From the NCBI RefSeq assembly GCF_036365525.1, contig NC_090398.1:65332369-65396368 (forward strand): a DNA stretch of 64,000 nucleotides. Reading direction: 5' to 3'. The DNA comes from Heterodontus francisci. Its lineage: Eukaryota. This document shows positions 22,153 to 34,300 of this stretch, piece after piece. Below the pieces are notes generated by a model. It had not been told where the DNA came from. It saw nothing but the letters and a program-made list of their open reading frames with translations, and ran no database searches. Both the position numbers and the translations under genes were made by a program. Positions within the stretch are counted from its first letter, which is position 1. Each line of letters opens with the position of its first letter.

Positions 22153-23520
22153 ATGGATGTAAAACAAATGCTGTCGACTGGAGAATGTTTAGCAGTGGAA
22201 AGTCCTGTAGCTGGAAAACGTAAATCTTCTGTGTGGGAACATTTCAATGTTGTTGTTTTCCGCAATAGTAAAAGTTCAAGTGGATTTGTACAATGTAAAT
22301 CTTGCAAACTTCTACTAAAATATCACAGCAAAAAGACATGGAAATTCATATTTGCAGCGGCACACTGTAGAAGGATGTACTCGACCCGCAGCAGGGCCAA
22401 GGCGGTCAGACTTAACTTCCTTTGCACGGACAAAAAAAACATACCCACCCACAAGAAATCAGAAATTATAGACAAATGCGTGAGTTTCTGTTGCAAGGAT
22501 ATTCGATCTTTCCAAACTGTCTCTGGTGAAGGGTTTGTTGAGCTAGCACAAGAGCTTATCAATGTGGGTGCGACATACGGTCAAGTATCAGCATCAAGTG
22601 TGTTACCAAATCCAAGTACAGTTTCAAGAAGGTGTCGTGATGTGGCCAAAGAAAAGAGAAAAGAACTAACTTCTCAGATTACTGACATACTGAAGGATGT
22701 GAATGTGGGAATGACAACTGACATGTGGACGGGCGACTACAATAAAATCCATTATATGTCGATAACTTGTCATTACATCATAGTAGATTTTAAACTTCAT
22801 GTCAAAGTTTTAACAACAGCAATGTTTCCACTGGAGGACGTCAAAACTGGCAGAAACATCAGCCAGGAGATTGTAAATCTGCTCGTGAATACATTTGGAT
22901 TCGACCCAGCAAATTTACGTAAACTGGTCTGGGTGATAGGTCAAGCCACGGACATAGTGTTTTCTCTTTACCATATCGACGTCTGGATTGTCAGGACCAT
23001 GCACATAACACGGTCCTTCAACATTCACTTGATCCAAAGGAATTAGCTTCTGAAGCACCGGATGTTGTAGAAACTATACATCATGCCAAAAACTTGCTGA
23101 CATATATTATACAGTCTGGTCTTGCTGCACAGTTGTCTAAAACTTTAAATCCAATGGAAGAAACGAGGTACAGTACTGTGTATCTGACACTGAATTCAAT
23201 TCAGGATATTTATCATGAGCTGCACGAGAAACTGGAACAGCGTGGGGAAAGCTCCAGGCTGGAAAATATCACCCCTGATGTCTTGCAGTTTTTGGTGGAT
23301 TTCCTCCGACCATTTTATGAAGCTCAGAGGGAACTTGAGGGAGACCAATATCCTACATTGAACCTGGTAATTCCGTGGTTTCAGAAACTTAGACGACTCT
23401 GTATGCCACTGTCTTCACATACTCCAACACAAGCAGTTGTCAGGGAACGGAACAGACAGTGGCTTCTCAAGAAAGTTAAAATAAATGACGAGCACAAAAT
23501 AGCGACATTTCTCGGGCCAA
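22153..23520 (+). pseudogene. hAT (hobo/Hermes/Ac-type) BED-finger transposase, frameshifted and 3'-truncated
   Basis: SSVWEHF..VQCKSC BED finger, VSGEGF, LPNPSTVSR, TTDMWT, ETRYSTVY, LEGDQYPTL; frameshifts near 22339, 22435 and 22968. Confidence 0.88.
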
Positions 23521-23672
23521 AACTGCACACAATACTGCAGGTACAGTCTCAACAAGGCTCGATTTCATTGCAGCAAGACATCTTTACTCCAATACTCATC
23601 CTCTTGCAATGAAGGCCAACATACTATTTACCTTGTTAATTGCATGCTGTACCTGCAAGTTACCTTCAGTGA
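23518..23672 (-). mobile_element. CR1 RT fragment truncating the transposase
   Basis: CCAAAACTGCACACAATACT is the reverse complement of the CR1 YCVQFW region. Confidence 0.7.
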
Positions 23673-23745
23673 AAGGAAAGATTGATTGATTGGAATAATG
23701 ACAGATCAGATAGCAGGCTTTCCCTGTGCTGTTTGATTGTTCATG

Positions 23746-24840
23746 TACAGTACTGCAGATTCCCGGTAATGTCTGATCATTAGTCTACAGTACTGCAGAT
23801 TCCCGGTAATGTCTGATCATTAGTCTACAGTACTGCCGATTCCCGGTGCTGTCTGATCGTTAGTCTACAGTACTGCAGATTCCCAGTGCTGTCTGATCAT
23901 TGGTCGACAGTACTGCAGATTCCCGGTGCTGTCTGATCATTAGTCTGCAATCCTGCAGATTCCCGGTGCTGTCTGATCATTGGTCTACAGTACTGCAGAT
24001 TCCCGGTGCTGTCTGATCATTAGTCTACAGTACTGCAGATTGCCGGTGCTGTCTGATCATTCGTCTACAGTACTGCAGATTTCCGGTGCTGTCTGATCAT
24101 TAGTCTACATTACTGCAGATTCCCGGTGCTGTCTGATCATTAGTCTACAGTACTGCAGATTCCCGGTGCTGTCTGATCATTAGTCTACAGTACTGCAGAT
24201 TCCAAGTGCTGTCTGATCATTAGTCTACAGTACTGCAGATTCCCGGTGCTGTCTGATCATTAGTCTACAGTACTGCAGATTCCCGGTGCTGTCTGATCAT
24301 TAGTCTACAGTACTGCAGATTCCCGGTGCTGTCTGATCATTGGTCTACAGTACTGCAGATTCCCGGTGCTGTCTGATCATTAGTCTGCAATCCTGCAGAT
24401 TCCCGGTGCTGTCTGATCATTGGTCTACAGTACTGCAGATTCCCGGTGCTGTCTGATCATTAGTCTACAGTACTGCAGATTCCCGGTGCTGTCTGATCAT
24501 TCGTCTACAGTACTGCAGATTCCCGGTGCTGTCTGATCATTAGTCTACATTACTGCAGATTCCCGGTGCTGTCTGATCATTAGTCTACAGTACTGCAGAT
24601 TCCCGGTGCTGTCTGATCATTAGTCTACAGTACTGCAGATTCCAAGTGCTGTCTGATCATTAGTCTACAGTACTGCAGATTCCCGGTGCTGTCTGATCAT
24701 TAGTCTACAGTACTGCAGATTCCCGGTGCTGTCTGATCATTAGTCTACAGTACTGCAGATTCCCGGTGCTGTCTGATCATTAGTCTGCAGTACTGCATAT
24801 TCCCAGTGCTGTCTGATCATTAGTCTACAGTACTGCAGAT
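23746..24840. repeat. 40-bp satellite, about 27 copies
   Basis: Unit TAGTCTACAGTACTGCAGATTCCCGGTGCTGTCTGATCAT, head-to-tail with no spacers. Confidence 0.97.
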
Positions 24841-27419
24841 CTACATTAATGTTTGATTGAAGACTTCTGGTTGGTCAGCATACACATAATAGCCAGCACC
24901 TCGAATACCCGACAAATCAAAACAAAACATATATGTTAACATTGACAAAGCATGTTGAACAATTTCCAGCATTGACATTTAATACAATTTTGCATGAAGT
25001 TACCTATCACTTTTTTTAAAGAAAAATATTCTGAGCCTAGATTATTTGATGTCATGGATGAATCTCAAACCTCCAAAGCTTTCAGAGTGTCCATCTATCC
25101 TTTGACATCTTTGTAACTTTTGTAGCACTGTCAGATAAACAATCTGTTTCAGCTGGTTGAAAGATTGTTTAAAAGATGAAGATTGGAGCACAATGTCAGT
25201 GATTGTTTGGTCATGAGTTAAACAGAAACCCATGGAGTTGTTTCCACACTGTACCAGTATCTGTATTGCTTAAACTAAACACAGCGATTGCCCGAAGGCT
25301 CAGTAAATATCATTATACATTATGTAAACTATTGCTTTACAGGTTGAAAAACTTGCTGCAAGTTTATCCAGTGAGCAGCTGAAATGCAGAGAGCAGGAAG
25401 GTCCTGAATGAATAATTATCATAAAATGATTATAAAATATACAGTATTTATATAAAAACATTAAACTGTTCACTGTTAGGACTCGAGTGAACACACACAC
25501 CAACAACCCGACCGAACAACAGCGGACCCGACTCAACCCTTCTTCACCCCCAACCGGCAAAAAGCTGCAGCGCATGCGTGATGACAGTAACGGCACCGGC
25601 TCACTGCGCAGACTCAATTCCGACCCGGACTCCCAGCTCCGGTCAGTTTTTTTTTATTTCAATACTGACCAGCAGAGACTGACCGAGTGTGTCCGACCCG
25701 AACCCGAACTGGACCCGAGCCCGAAAGCCGGAGCCACAAGCTGGGCCCGAGCCGTGGCGGACACATTTGCTAACGTCCCGCTCGGGTTGGACTCGGGTAT
25801 CCAGGCCTCTCGTGTCCATTCAACACAGTCCCCGACTCCCGCTGAACTTCCCCGCTATTCAATGTTAATCTCTGAACACATCTGCAGACTCGCTCCCAAA
25901 CCTGGTGTTGCTGCTGGAAGCACATGTTGTTTGTTCACTTACCCCGGGACCCGGATGTCTCCATTCGCAGCTGATTGAAACAATCTTCCGCTCACTCACT
26001 GAATGACGCTCAGAGACGGTGTTGGGGGAAGTGGAGCGCATGCGCGCTTCTTTTCATGATGACGTCTCCAGTGGGCGGGGCTATACTGCGCGTGCGCAGC
26101 TCTCTGCAACGAAAATAAATGGGAGCTTTCCCCATTTCACCCTCATCAATGTGTGAACAATGAAACTGAACATGGGGTTAGGGTGGAGGGAGGGTGGGGA
26201 GGGGTGGAGGGAATCTATAACCTAGAAAGCCGGGAGCTGATCCCATTTAGATGTTCAAATTGCCGTCTCCCCCTGCAGGCTGTTTGTTATTATTGAGGCC
26301 CTCCTCTCAAAACAATCCGACAGAAACATGGGAGGAAGGAGGAAGTCGGTGTGTTTGGTGGGAACTTGTAGAATTCATTTCAATCAGCAAAGGTTTGTCT
26401 AACCGGAGTAAAACCCACTATCAATGTGAGTAATACCGAATGGCGAAACTTCATCGTTGCATTCTGAACAAGAGAGACACGGAGCTGCCGCGATTATACC
26501 GGACACACAAACACATAAATAGAACCCGTCCCAGAGTTTCAGCTCCCGGTTGTTAAATGTCCTCATGTACACAGTCTTTGCTGTGAATTTTCAGGGATCA
26601 GCTGCCGATTTCTACTCCTGTATCCCTGAAACGCTCGGAGTCAGGCGATCCTCGAACTCCCTGTTGAAAGATTTATGGACAGGAATTTTTCCAGCCTTTG
26701 GTCCAGTCGATCATAACCTGCTGTTCAATCATAGTATTATTCAAACAATTAATGTGAAATTCTGTTCACCACTCAGGCCTTGAACTCGGTTTGAGCAGAT
26801 CAACTACTGAAAGATTCAGCATCTTTCCAGATGTAGCAGCCAGAGCTGGATCGAGGGACTCAGGGTTTAATCCTGCACACACACAGCAGAAGGAGTGACA
26901 GTCACACAGGGATGGAAACTGGTATCGTTTCTGTTGCCTTCTCACTCAACAGGCAGAGTTAGAGACTGATAAAACATCCAACCCACTGCAATTCAGTACT
27001 GGAGAAATACAGAGGCTCTTCCACTCCATCCTTCCCTCCCATACACACGGCAGATTGACAGCACACGGCCTTTCAGGTATCATTTCCGTGACCAAGAGTT
27101 TCACTCCGATTATATTAAACAGATATTTATTCTTCATCCTGGAAATACTCGGACTCACTCTTACACCTCGACCAGAGCATTTTGGCCAAATGAGGAGCCG
27201 CCCCTGCACCCGCTCCCCTGCCTTTGTCAGACAACCTTCCAGTCTCAGCGTCACACAAGTTACCAATAATTTGCTTTTGATCAATATGACTCAAAGATTG
27301 TTTGCAGCGCCAATCACTTCAATAATAATGGCAGTGATTTGTACAAATATCCCATATCCTCGACATCACCATAATTCCAACCAGGCAGAATAGTGAAAGT
27401 GCAGGTAACAAAAGAAAAA

Positions 27420-28330
27420 TGTTTGCAAGAGATTATAAGAAAATATTAATGAGTAACAACAGAGAGAAACAAAAATCATTGATAAATATACAAAAATACA
27501 AAATGATGGTGCAAGAAATTGCGGACCATTTAGGGATAAAGAAATGAAATCTCCTTGTGTTGGAAAAGGTCATGAATGAGAGCGTTATATGTCTGTTCAC
27601 AAAAGCAAGGATGAAGTTAATGTCCCGGTAGAGGAGGGGTACAGAGATATTGGATAGAATGAAAATAGACAGAAAGGAGGTTCTCAATAGATTGGGATCA
27701 CTTCACGTTAATGAGTCCAGATAGAAAGCATCTCAGATTACTGATGCAGATAACAGAAATCCTGACGATAATGTTTGGATATTGAAGTAGATCCAGTTGC
27801 CTGAAACAGTGCAAATGTTACAGTCCTGTTCTAGAAACGGGAAGGAAAATGCTGGTGACTACAGACCAATTAATTTTATCATCAGTGGTCGAAAACAATT
27901 GGAAACAAGTGTCAAGGATCAAATGAACTTCAACTTGAAGAATGATGAGTTAATAAGGGACAAGCAGTACCGATTTGCTAAGGACAAATCATGTGCGACT
28001 AACCTGATTGAATTCTTGGGGTTGACTTTGATGAAGGTAGTACTGTAGATATTGGATATCTGCTTTTTGAAAGGCATTCGATCAAGTAGTACATAACAGA
28101 GTTACACAGAAAATAGAAGTTCATGTAAAAAATTGATACTGGTATGCTGAGATGGCAGTTGGCTAAAGGATCGGAGACAGAGTGTAGTAGTGAACTGATG
28201 TCTTTTTAATGTGAAGAAGTATGCAGTCGGCTGACACAAAAACCTTTATTAACAACATTGCTTTCAAGGGACCATAATTTGGAAGTTTGAGGAGGACAAA
28301 ATACGCAGCAATGTATGTAAATAGTAAAGA
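27420..28330 (+). mobile_element. Old degenerate CR1 ORF2 fragment
   Basis: NAGDYRPI..RDKQYRFAKDKSCATNLIEF motifs. Confidence 0.7.
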
Positions 28331-28779
28331 GCTGTAAGTTTCAGGTAGATGTTACCTGAAAAGAGGTGAGACAGAGAATACCCAACCCGTCTCACCTTGA
28401 GATTCTGGACCAAGATGGACACTACGAGGTACAGAGTCAAGTTCTGTGATCAAGTCAGAGAGTTTATTGGGCTTAACTAAGATGTACAAAGTTAATCCTT
28501 AACAACAGCAATAAGTATACAGTAACACTCAGTACTTGTTCATGCTTCTGAGATTGCTGGGGCTTGTACTTCTCTCCTTCTTCTTCTCTTGCTGTGTTGA
28601 CCATAGTCTATCTTCTCCTTCTAAGTGTGCCAACAATGTTCTGTTCACCCCTTGCTAAGTGTATCGATGACATCCCCTATCACCCTTTCTTTTACCATAT
28701 TAAGTTCTGAATTGTTCCGAGTATCCTAATTGGTTCAATCTATACACTTTTCAGATGCTTCCTGTGTCTTTCACATTTA

Positions 28780-29210
28780 GCAATGATCCTTGTGTTCCTG
28801 GTTCTCGTCTCTCTCATAAGGGGAAACATCCTCTCAGTGTCCACCCTACCAAGTGCTCTCAAGATCTTATGTATTTCAATAAGATCACTTCTCATTCTCC
28901 TTAACTCCAATGGATACAGGCCAACCTGTCCAACCAATTCCCAGAAGATAACCCCTTCATCCCAGCGATCAGTCGAGTGAACGATCTCTGAACTGCTTCT
29001 AATGCAATTTCTGTGCTTTCATCAGTAAGGAGACCAAAACTACACAGCATTACAGATGCAGTCTCACCAATACCCTGGACAACTGTAGCAAATCTTCCTT
29101 ACTTTAATAGTCCATTCCCCTTGCAATAACTGACATCATTCCATTTGTCTTCCTAAACTCATGCTGTCCGTGCATACTAACTTTTTGTGATTCATGCAAC
29201 AGGATACCCA
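28780..29210 (-). mobile_element. CR1 fragment
   Basis: RRMRSDLIEIHKILRALGRVDTERMFPL on the minus strand. Confidence 0.75.
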
Positions 29211-29545
29211 ACTCTGTCGCGTTGTTTTACTGTATGTTTCAGTTCCATGTTGATTCAGCGCGTTATGAATGAAACGGCTGCAAGTGATAATGTATTCGTG
29301 AGGGCCGAGTCAAACCGAGCTGTAAGACAGTGTGGGATCTCGGACGAAATAAATGAAGCTGCAAGGAATCAGATTTCATAATTCTTCCCGCCAAATTAGG
29401 GTTTTTTAAATCTTTGCCTTGTTTTGCTATCTGAAATTGGCGGGCTTTTTGAGTTGGATTACATTTCAGCTACATTTCAACCAATCAGAGAGGGGCATTT
29501 CCCGCCGCCCTTTTCCTTCCCAGAGCTGGTTTCAAACTTGACTGA

Positions 29546-30070
<525 letters not shown>

Positions 30071-30410
30071 TCTCACCCTGCCCCGAACTGAGTTTGGCAT
30101 CAAATAGCACAACGGCTCTTTTAAGAGCCACCAAATCGGCAAAACAAAGAGCTGCGATCACCTGTTATCAGAGAAATGTGGTCCAGAGCAGCGATACCAA
30201 TATGCACAGATCATTTTATTAGAGGGGCGATCATTTGAGGACTCAACAAAAGCTTTATTTGTGCAGAAACGCTGGAATTGTTAAAATGCCTGTCAAATAT
30301 CTCCAGTGGCAAGCGGCTAAATCCCGAATCATACCAACACAAAGCAGCGCTTGCATTATAAAATTGCCGTCTCTCAGACAGGTACCAGCCCTTTCACAGA
30401 TAAAGTGGGT

Positions 30411-30692
30411 GTCTCTGAAAAGAGCCTTTGGGCCAGCTGGAGTTGTCTGGGGATGATGCGGGTCTTCTTGTTGTCCCGGGCCGCGTTGCCGGCCAGCTCG
30501 AGGATTTCAGCTGTCAGAGACTCGAGCAGAGCAGCCAGATAGACCGGGGTTCTGGCACCCACACGCTCAGCAGAGTTCCCTATTTCTCAGGAGCCAGTGA
30601 ACGCGGCCCACCGCGAACTGCAATCCAACCCAGGAGTAATGAGACTTGGCCTTGCCCCGAGCTTTGCCACCGGTCTTCCCTCTTCCAGACAC
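30411..30692 (-). pseudogene. H2A: Histone H2A pseudogene (ATG lost, frameshift, C-terminal deletion)
   Basis: Start codon reads GTG; [25 protein letters not shown] is fused directly to CAAAGGCTCTTTTCAGAGAC (stem-loop 30411-30426). Confidence 0.88.
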
Positions 30693-31389
30693 TATTTTCC
30701 CCCCCAAAAATATACTTTATTCACAAAAATCTATAAAAACTACATTACAAAACAGTTGGGGAAGAATGATCAAATCCGCACACTTATCCCTTCTGGATGA
30801 ATGATCGTGAGGACACTGGTGATTGGTCACTCTGTGCAGCTTCTCATTGTGTTGTTCATGTTACCAATCAGATAGTTGCTTAGTTCACCAATCCAGAGAC
30901 ATCACGTTAATAAGGCGGAAAATAACCGCGCCGGATTGGCAGACTCCAAACCGTTTCTTTTTCAAATTTGAAAAGCCCGCCAACAGATTTCTAAAACAAG
31001 GAGCGGCTTCACTGCATATCAAGTTAATAGATCATATAGCCTTACGACAGGGACGTAAACATATCCTCCATATTGTATTATTTCACATTTTCTCACAAGT
31101 TCCAGATTCGCTTTTCCAATCCGGCATCTATTCAGATTCACTCTCTGTCCAGTTTTGAAACAGTCTGTAACCGGCAGGCAAAAAGCCTCATTCACAGCAT
31201 TCTGTAACCGGATACATTTCAGATCAATGTTAAAAAAAACACATCACACATTATAAATTGGTCCCGATTCGTGGGAGACAAAAGCGGAGTGTAGATTTTC
31301 AGTGTGTGGTGTTAAAGATTGAGACTGAGGGTTCCTGCACCACCGGGGTTTCTGAATAATGTACTTATTAATTATTGAAGCTGTGCTGA

Positions 31390-34300
31390 TGGGAGTCTGG
31401 GCCTTTCTCTTTGTTAGTGTCCGATATGTGAATTTGGAGTTTAATCTGTGCCTGTCAGTTTCTGCTCTGGAAGGTTGTTTGATTTTCCCTCTGTACATGT
31501 TAGTCAGTAATATGTTTGTGTAGCTTTACACTGCACATGTTAATTGATGACAGGTGAGTCTGGTTGTCACTCGACATGTCAGTCTCTGGTTTGGAGGCCT
31601 CGACTATATTCTGTACCTATCAAACATCTATATATGAGGGTGGGTTTTAACCAGTTCCTGTCAATCTATTTTATGTCAGTGCTGTTTATTATCTGTATCT
31701 GTAAGTTTCTGATGAATGAATGTGGTCGGAATCGCATCCGAGCCATTGATCATTAAGAGTTATTTTACACGGTAACTGCCAGTATCTGATATGTGAGTGT
31801 GGGTTGTGATCTGCATCTGCCCGTTTCTGGTATGTGAAATGAGCATTGTTTTTGCTCTGTGTGTGTTAGCCTCACGTGTCAGATGCTGGGTTTAATTGAA
31901 CATCTCACTCTCTGCTGTATGATTCTGGATTTTCATCAGTAAAGTTATTATCTGAGATGGGCATGTGAATTTTATTCTGTGTGCCAATTTCTGGGATGTG
32001 TGTGTGTGTTCTTTCTGTTCCTGTCAGTTTCTGACATGTGAATATGGATTTTCCTCTGTTCTGGTCAGTTACTGCAATGTAAGTCGCTCCTTTATTCTGT
32101 GCCTGTCAGTTTCTGGTCTGGAAGAAAGATTTTTATTCTTTACCTTTTACATTCTGGCAAGTGAATGTGAGATCACCCTCTATCTGTCAGTTTGTGACAT
32201 GTTACTGTGTCTTTTACTCTTCACCTGTCAGTTTCTGATATGTGAATGTGGATTTTATTCTGTATCTGTCAGTTACTACAAAGCAAGTATGTATTTTATT
32301 CTGCACCTGTTTGTTTCTTGGAATTGATCGGAGCTTTTACTCTATATCTGTCAGCCTCTGGAATGTGAATGTTGCTATTACTCTGTGTCTGTCTGTGGCA
32401 GATTTGTCAGCAAGTATTTAACTTTCCCTTTCTGTTCCTGGCATATGAATGTGGATTTTACTATGCATCTCTCAGTTACTGGTATGTGATTGTGGGTTTT
32501 ATTCTGTATCCACAAGCCTATGATCAGTGATTGTGACTTGTGTCCTAGGCCTGTCACTATCTTGTTTCGTATGTCCATTATTCTGTGCATGTTACTTTAC
32601 GGGAAATGACTGCAGGATTTATTCTTTTCCTGCCATATTACCACTATGGCTTCAAAAGCTGGTCAGAAGCCGGATATTCTGTGGTTAGTAACTCATGTCT
32701 TAACTCCTTAAAGACTTTCCACCACCTACAAGCCACAAGTCAGAAGTCTGATGGATTACTCCCCAGTTGCCTGGATGTGTGCACCCCAAACAACACTCAA
32801 GAAACTCTATGCTATCCAGGACAAAGCAGCAGGCTTGATTGGCTTACCATTCACCAGATTAATCATTTACTCCCTCCACCACCAGTGCACAGTGTGTACT
32901 ATCTACAAGATATACTGCATCAACCTGAGGAAGCACCATGAAACAGCACCTTCCAAACCCCCAACATCTGCTACCAAGTAGAACATGGGCAGCAAATGTA
33001 TGAGAACATTACCACCTGCAAGTTCATCTCCAGTTCATATGTCATCCTGACTTGAAAATATAACACCATTCCTGCATCATCATTCAGTCCAAATTCTGCA
33101 ACTCCCTACCTAACACCACTTTGGGTGTACCTACACTACAAAGACTGGAGGGAGCAAGAAGGCCACTCGACACCATCTTCTAAAGGGCAATGAGAGATGG
33201 ACAACAATTACTCTCCTTTCTACAGATGCTCACATCCCATAAACATACACTTCAAATAATCATAAAGGTGTGTATATGAATAACATTTGTTCTGTATCTG
33301 TTCATCACTGGTACAGTATGAGTGTGGAAGTCATTCTCCATCTGTCTCTCTGAAAGACAGGATCTGTTTGTTTATAATTATGGAACAATGAAGGAACTCT
33401 TACACATCTCGATCTGTCCAACTATCTGTCCCTCTTTGTATGGTATGAGAGTGAAGGATTTATTCTTTATCTCAGAATGTGGAATGTGACAGTGGGTTTT
33501 TCTCTGTATCTGTCAATTACTGATAAACAGATGTGGGTTTTCCACTGTACCTGTCTACTTCTGATGTGAGTGTGATTTTAACTCTTTTCTGTCAGTATCC
33601 GATGTATGAGCACGTGCTTCAATCTACCTGCCAGCTTCTGATGTGAGTGTGGGTTTTATTATGTATCTATCAGCTTCTGGTATGTATGTGTTGGTTTTGT
33701 CATGTACCTGTCAGTTTCTGCTGAAGTGAACAGTGGTTTTGGTTTGAATATCTCACGATCTGTTATGTGAGAATGAGTATTGTTTTGTCCTTGTCAATTT
33801 CTGGAATAGCAGAAAGCTCTTTACATTGCAGATAGTACAAAGCAAAATACTGTGAATGCTGGAATTTAAAAGCAGAAAATGCTGTAAACAGTCAGCAGGC
33901 CTGCCAACATCTGTGGAGACAGAAACAGAGTTCACCTTTCAGGTCAATGGCCTTTCATCATTGATCTGAAATGTGAACAGTCTCCCTCTCTCCACAGGTG
34001 CTGCCAGACTTGCAGAGTATTTCCAGCATTTTCTGTTTTCATTTACACTGTACCTTCTTTATTCTGGCGAGTGAATGTGGGATCACTCTTCACCCTTTCA
34101 TTTCTGATGTGTGAATGTGGATTTTACCCAGCGTGTTGTCATTTACTGCAATGCAAATATCTGTTTTATTCTGTACCTTTTTCTTTGTGGTAATTGATTG
34201 TGGATTTTAACCTGCATCTGTCAGTCTCTGTAATGTGAATGCTGCTATTACTCTGTATTTGTCTGTTCATGATTTGTTAGTATATGTTTTACTTTCCCTG

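Noticed and set aside
23746-24840. CRISPR-like appearance of the 40-bp array
   Set aside because: Head-to-tail monomers without unique spacers, no cas genes, eukaryotic context.
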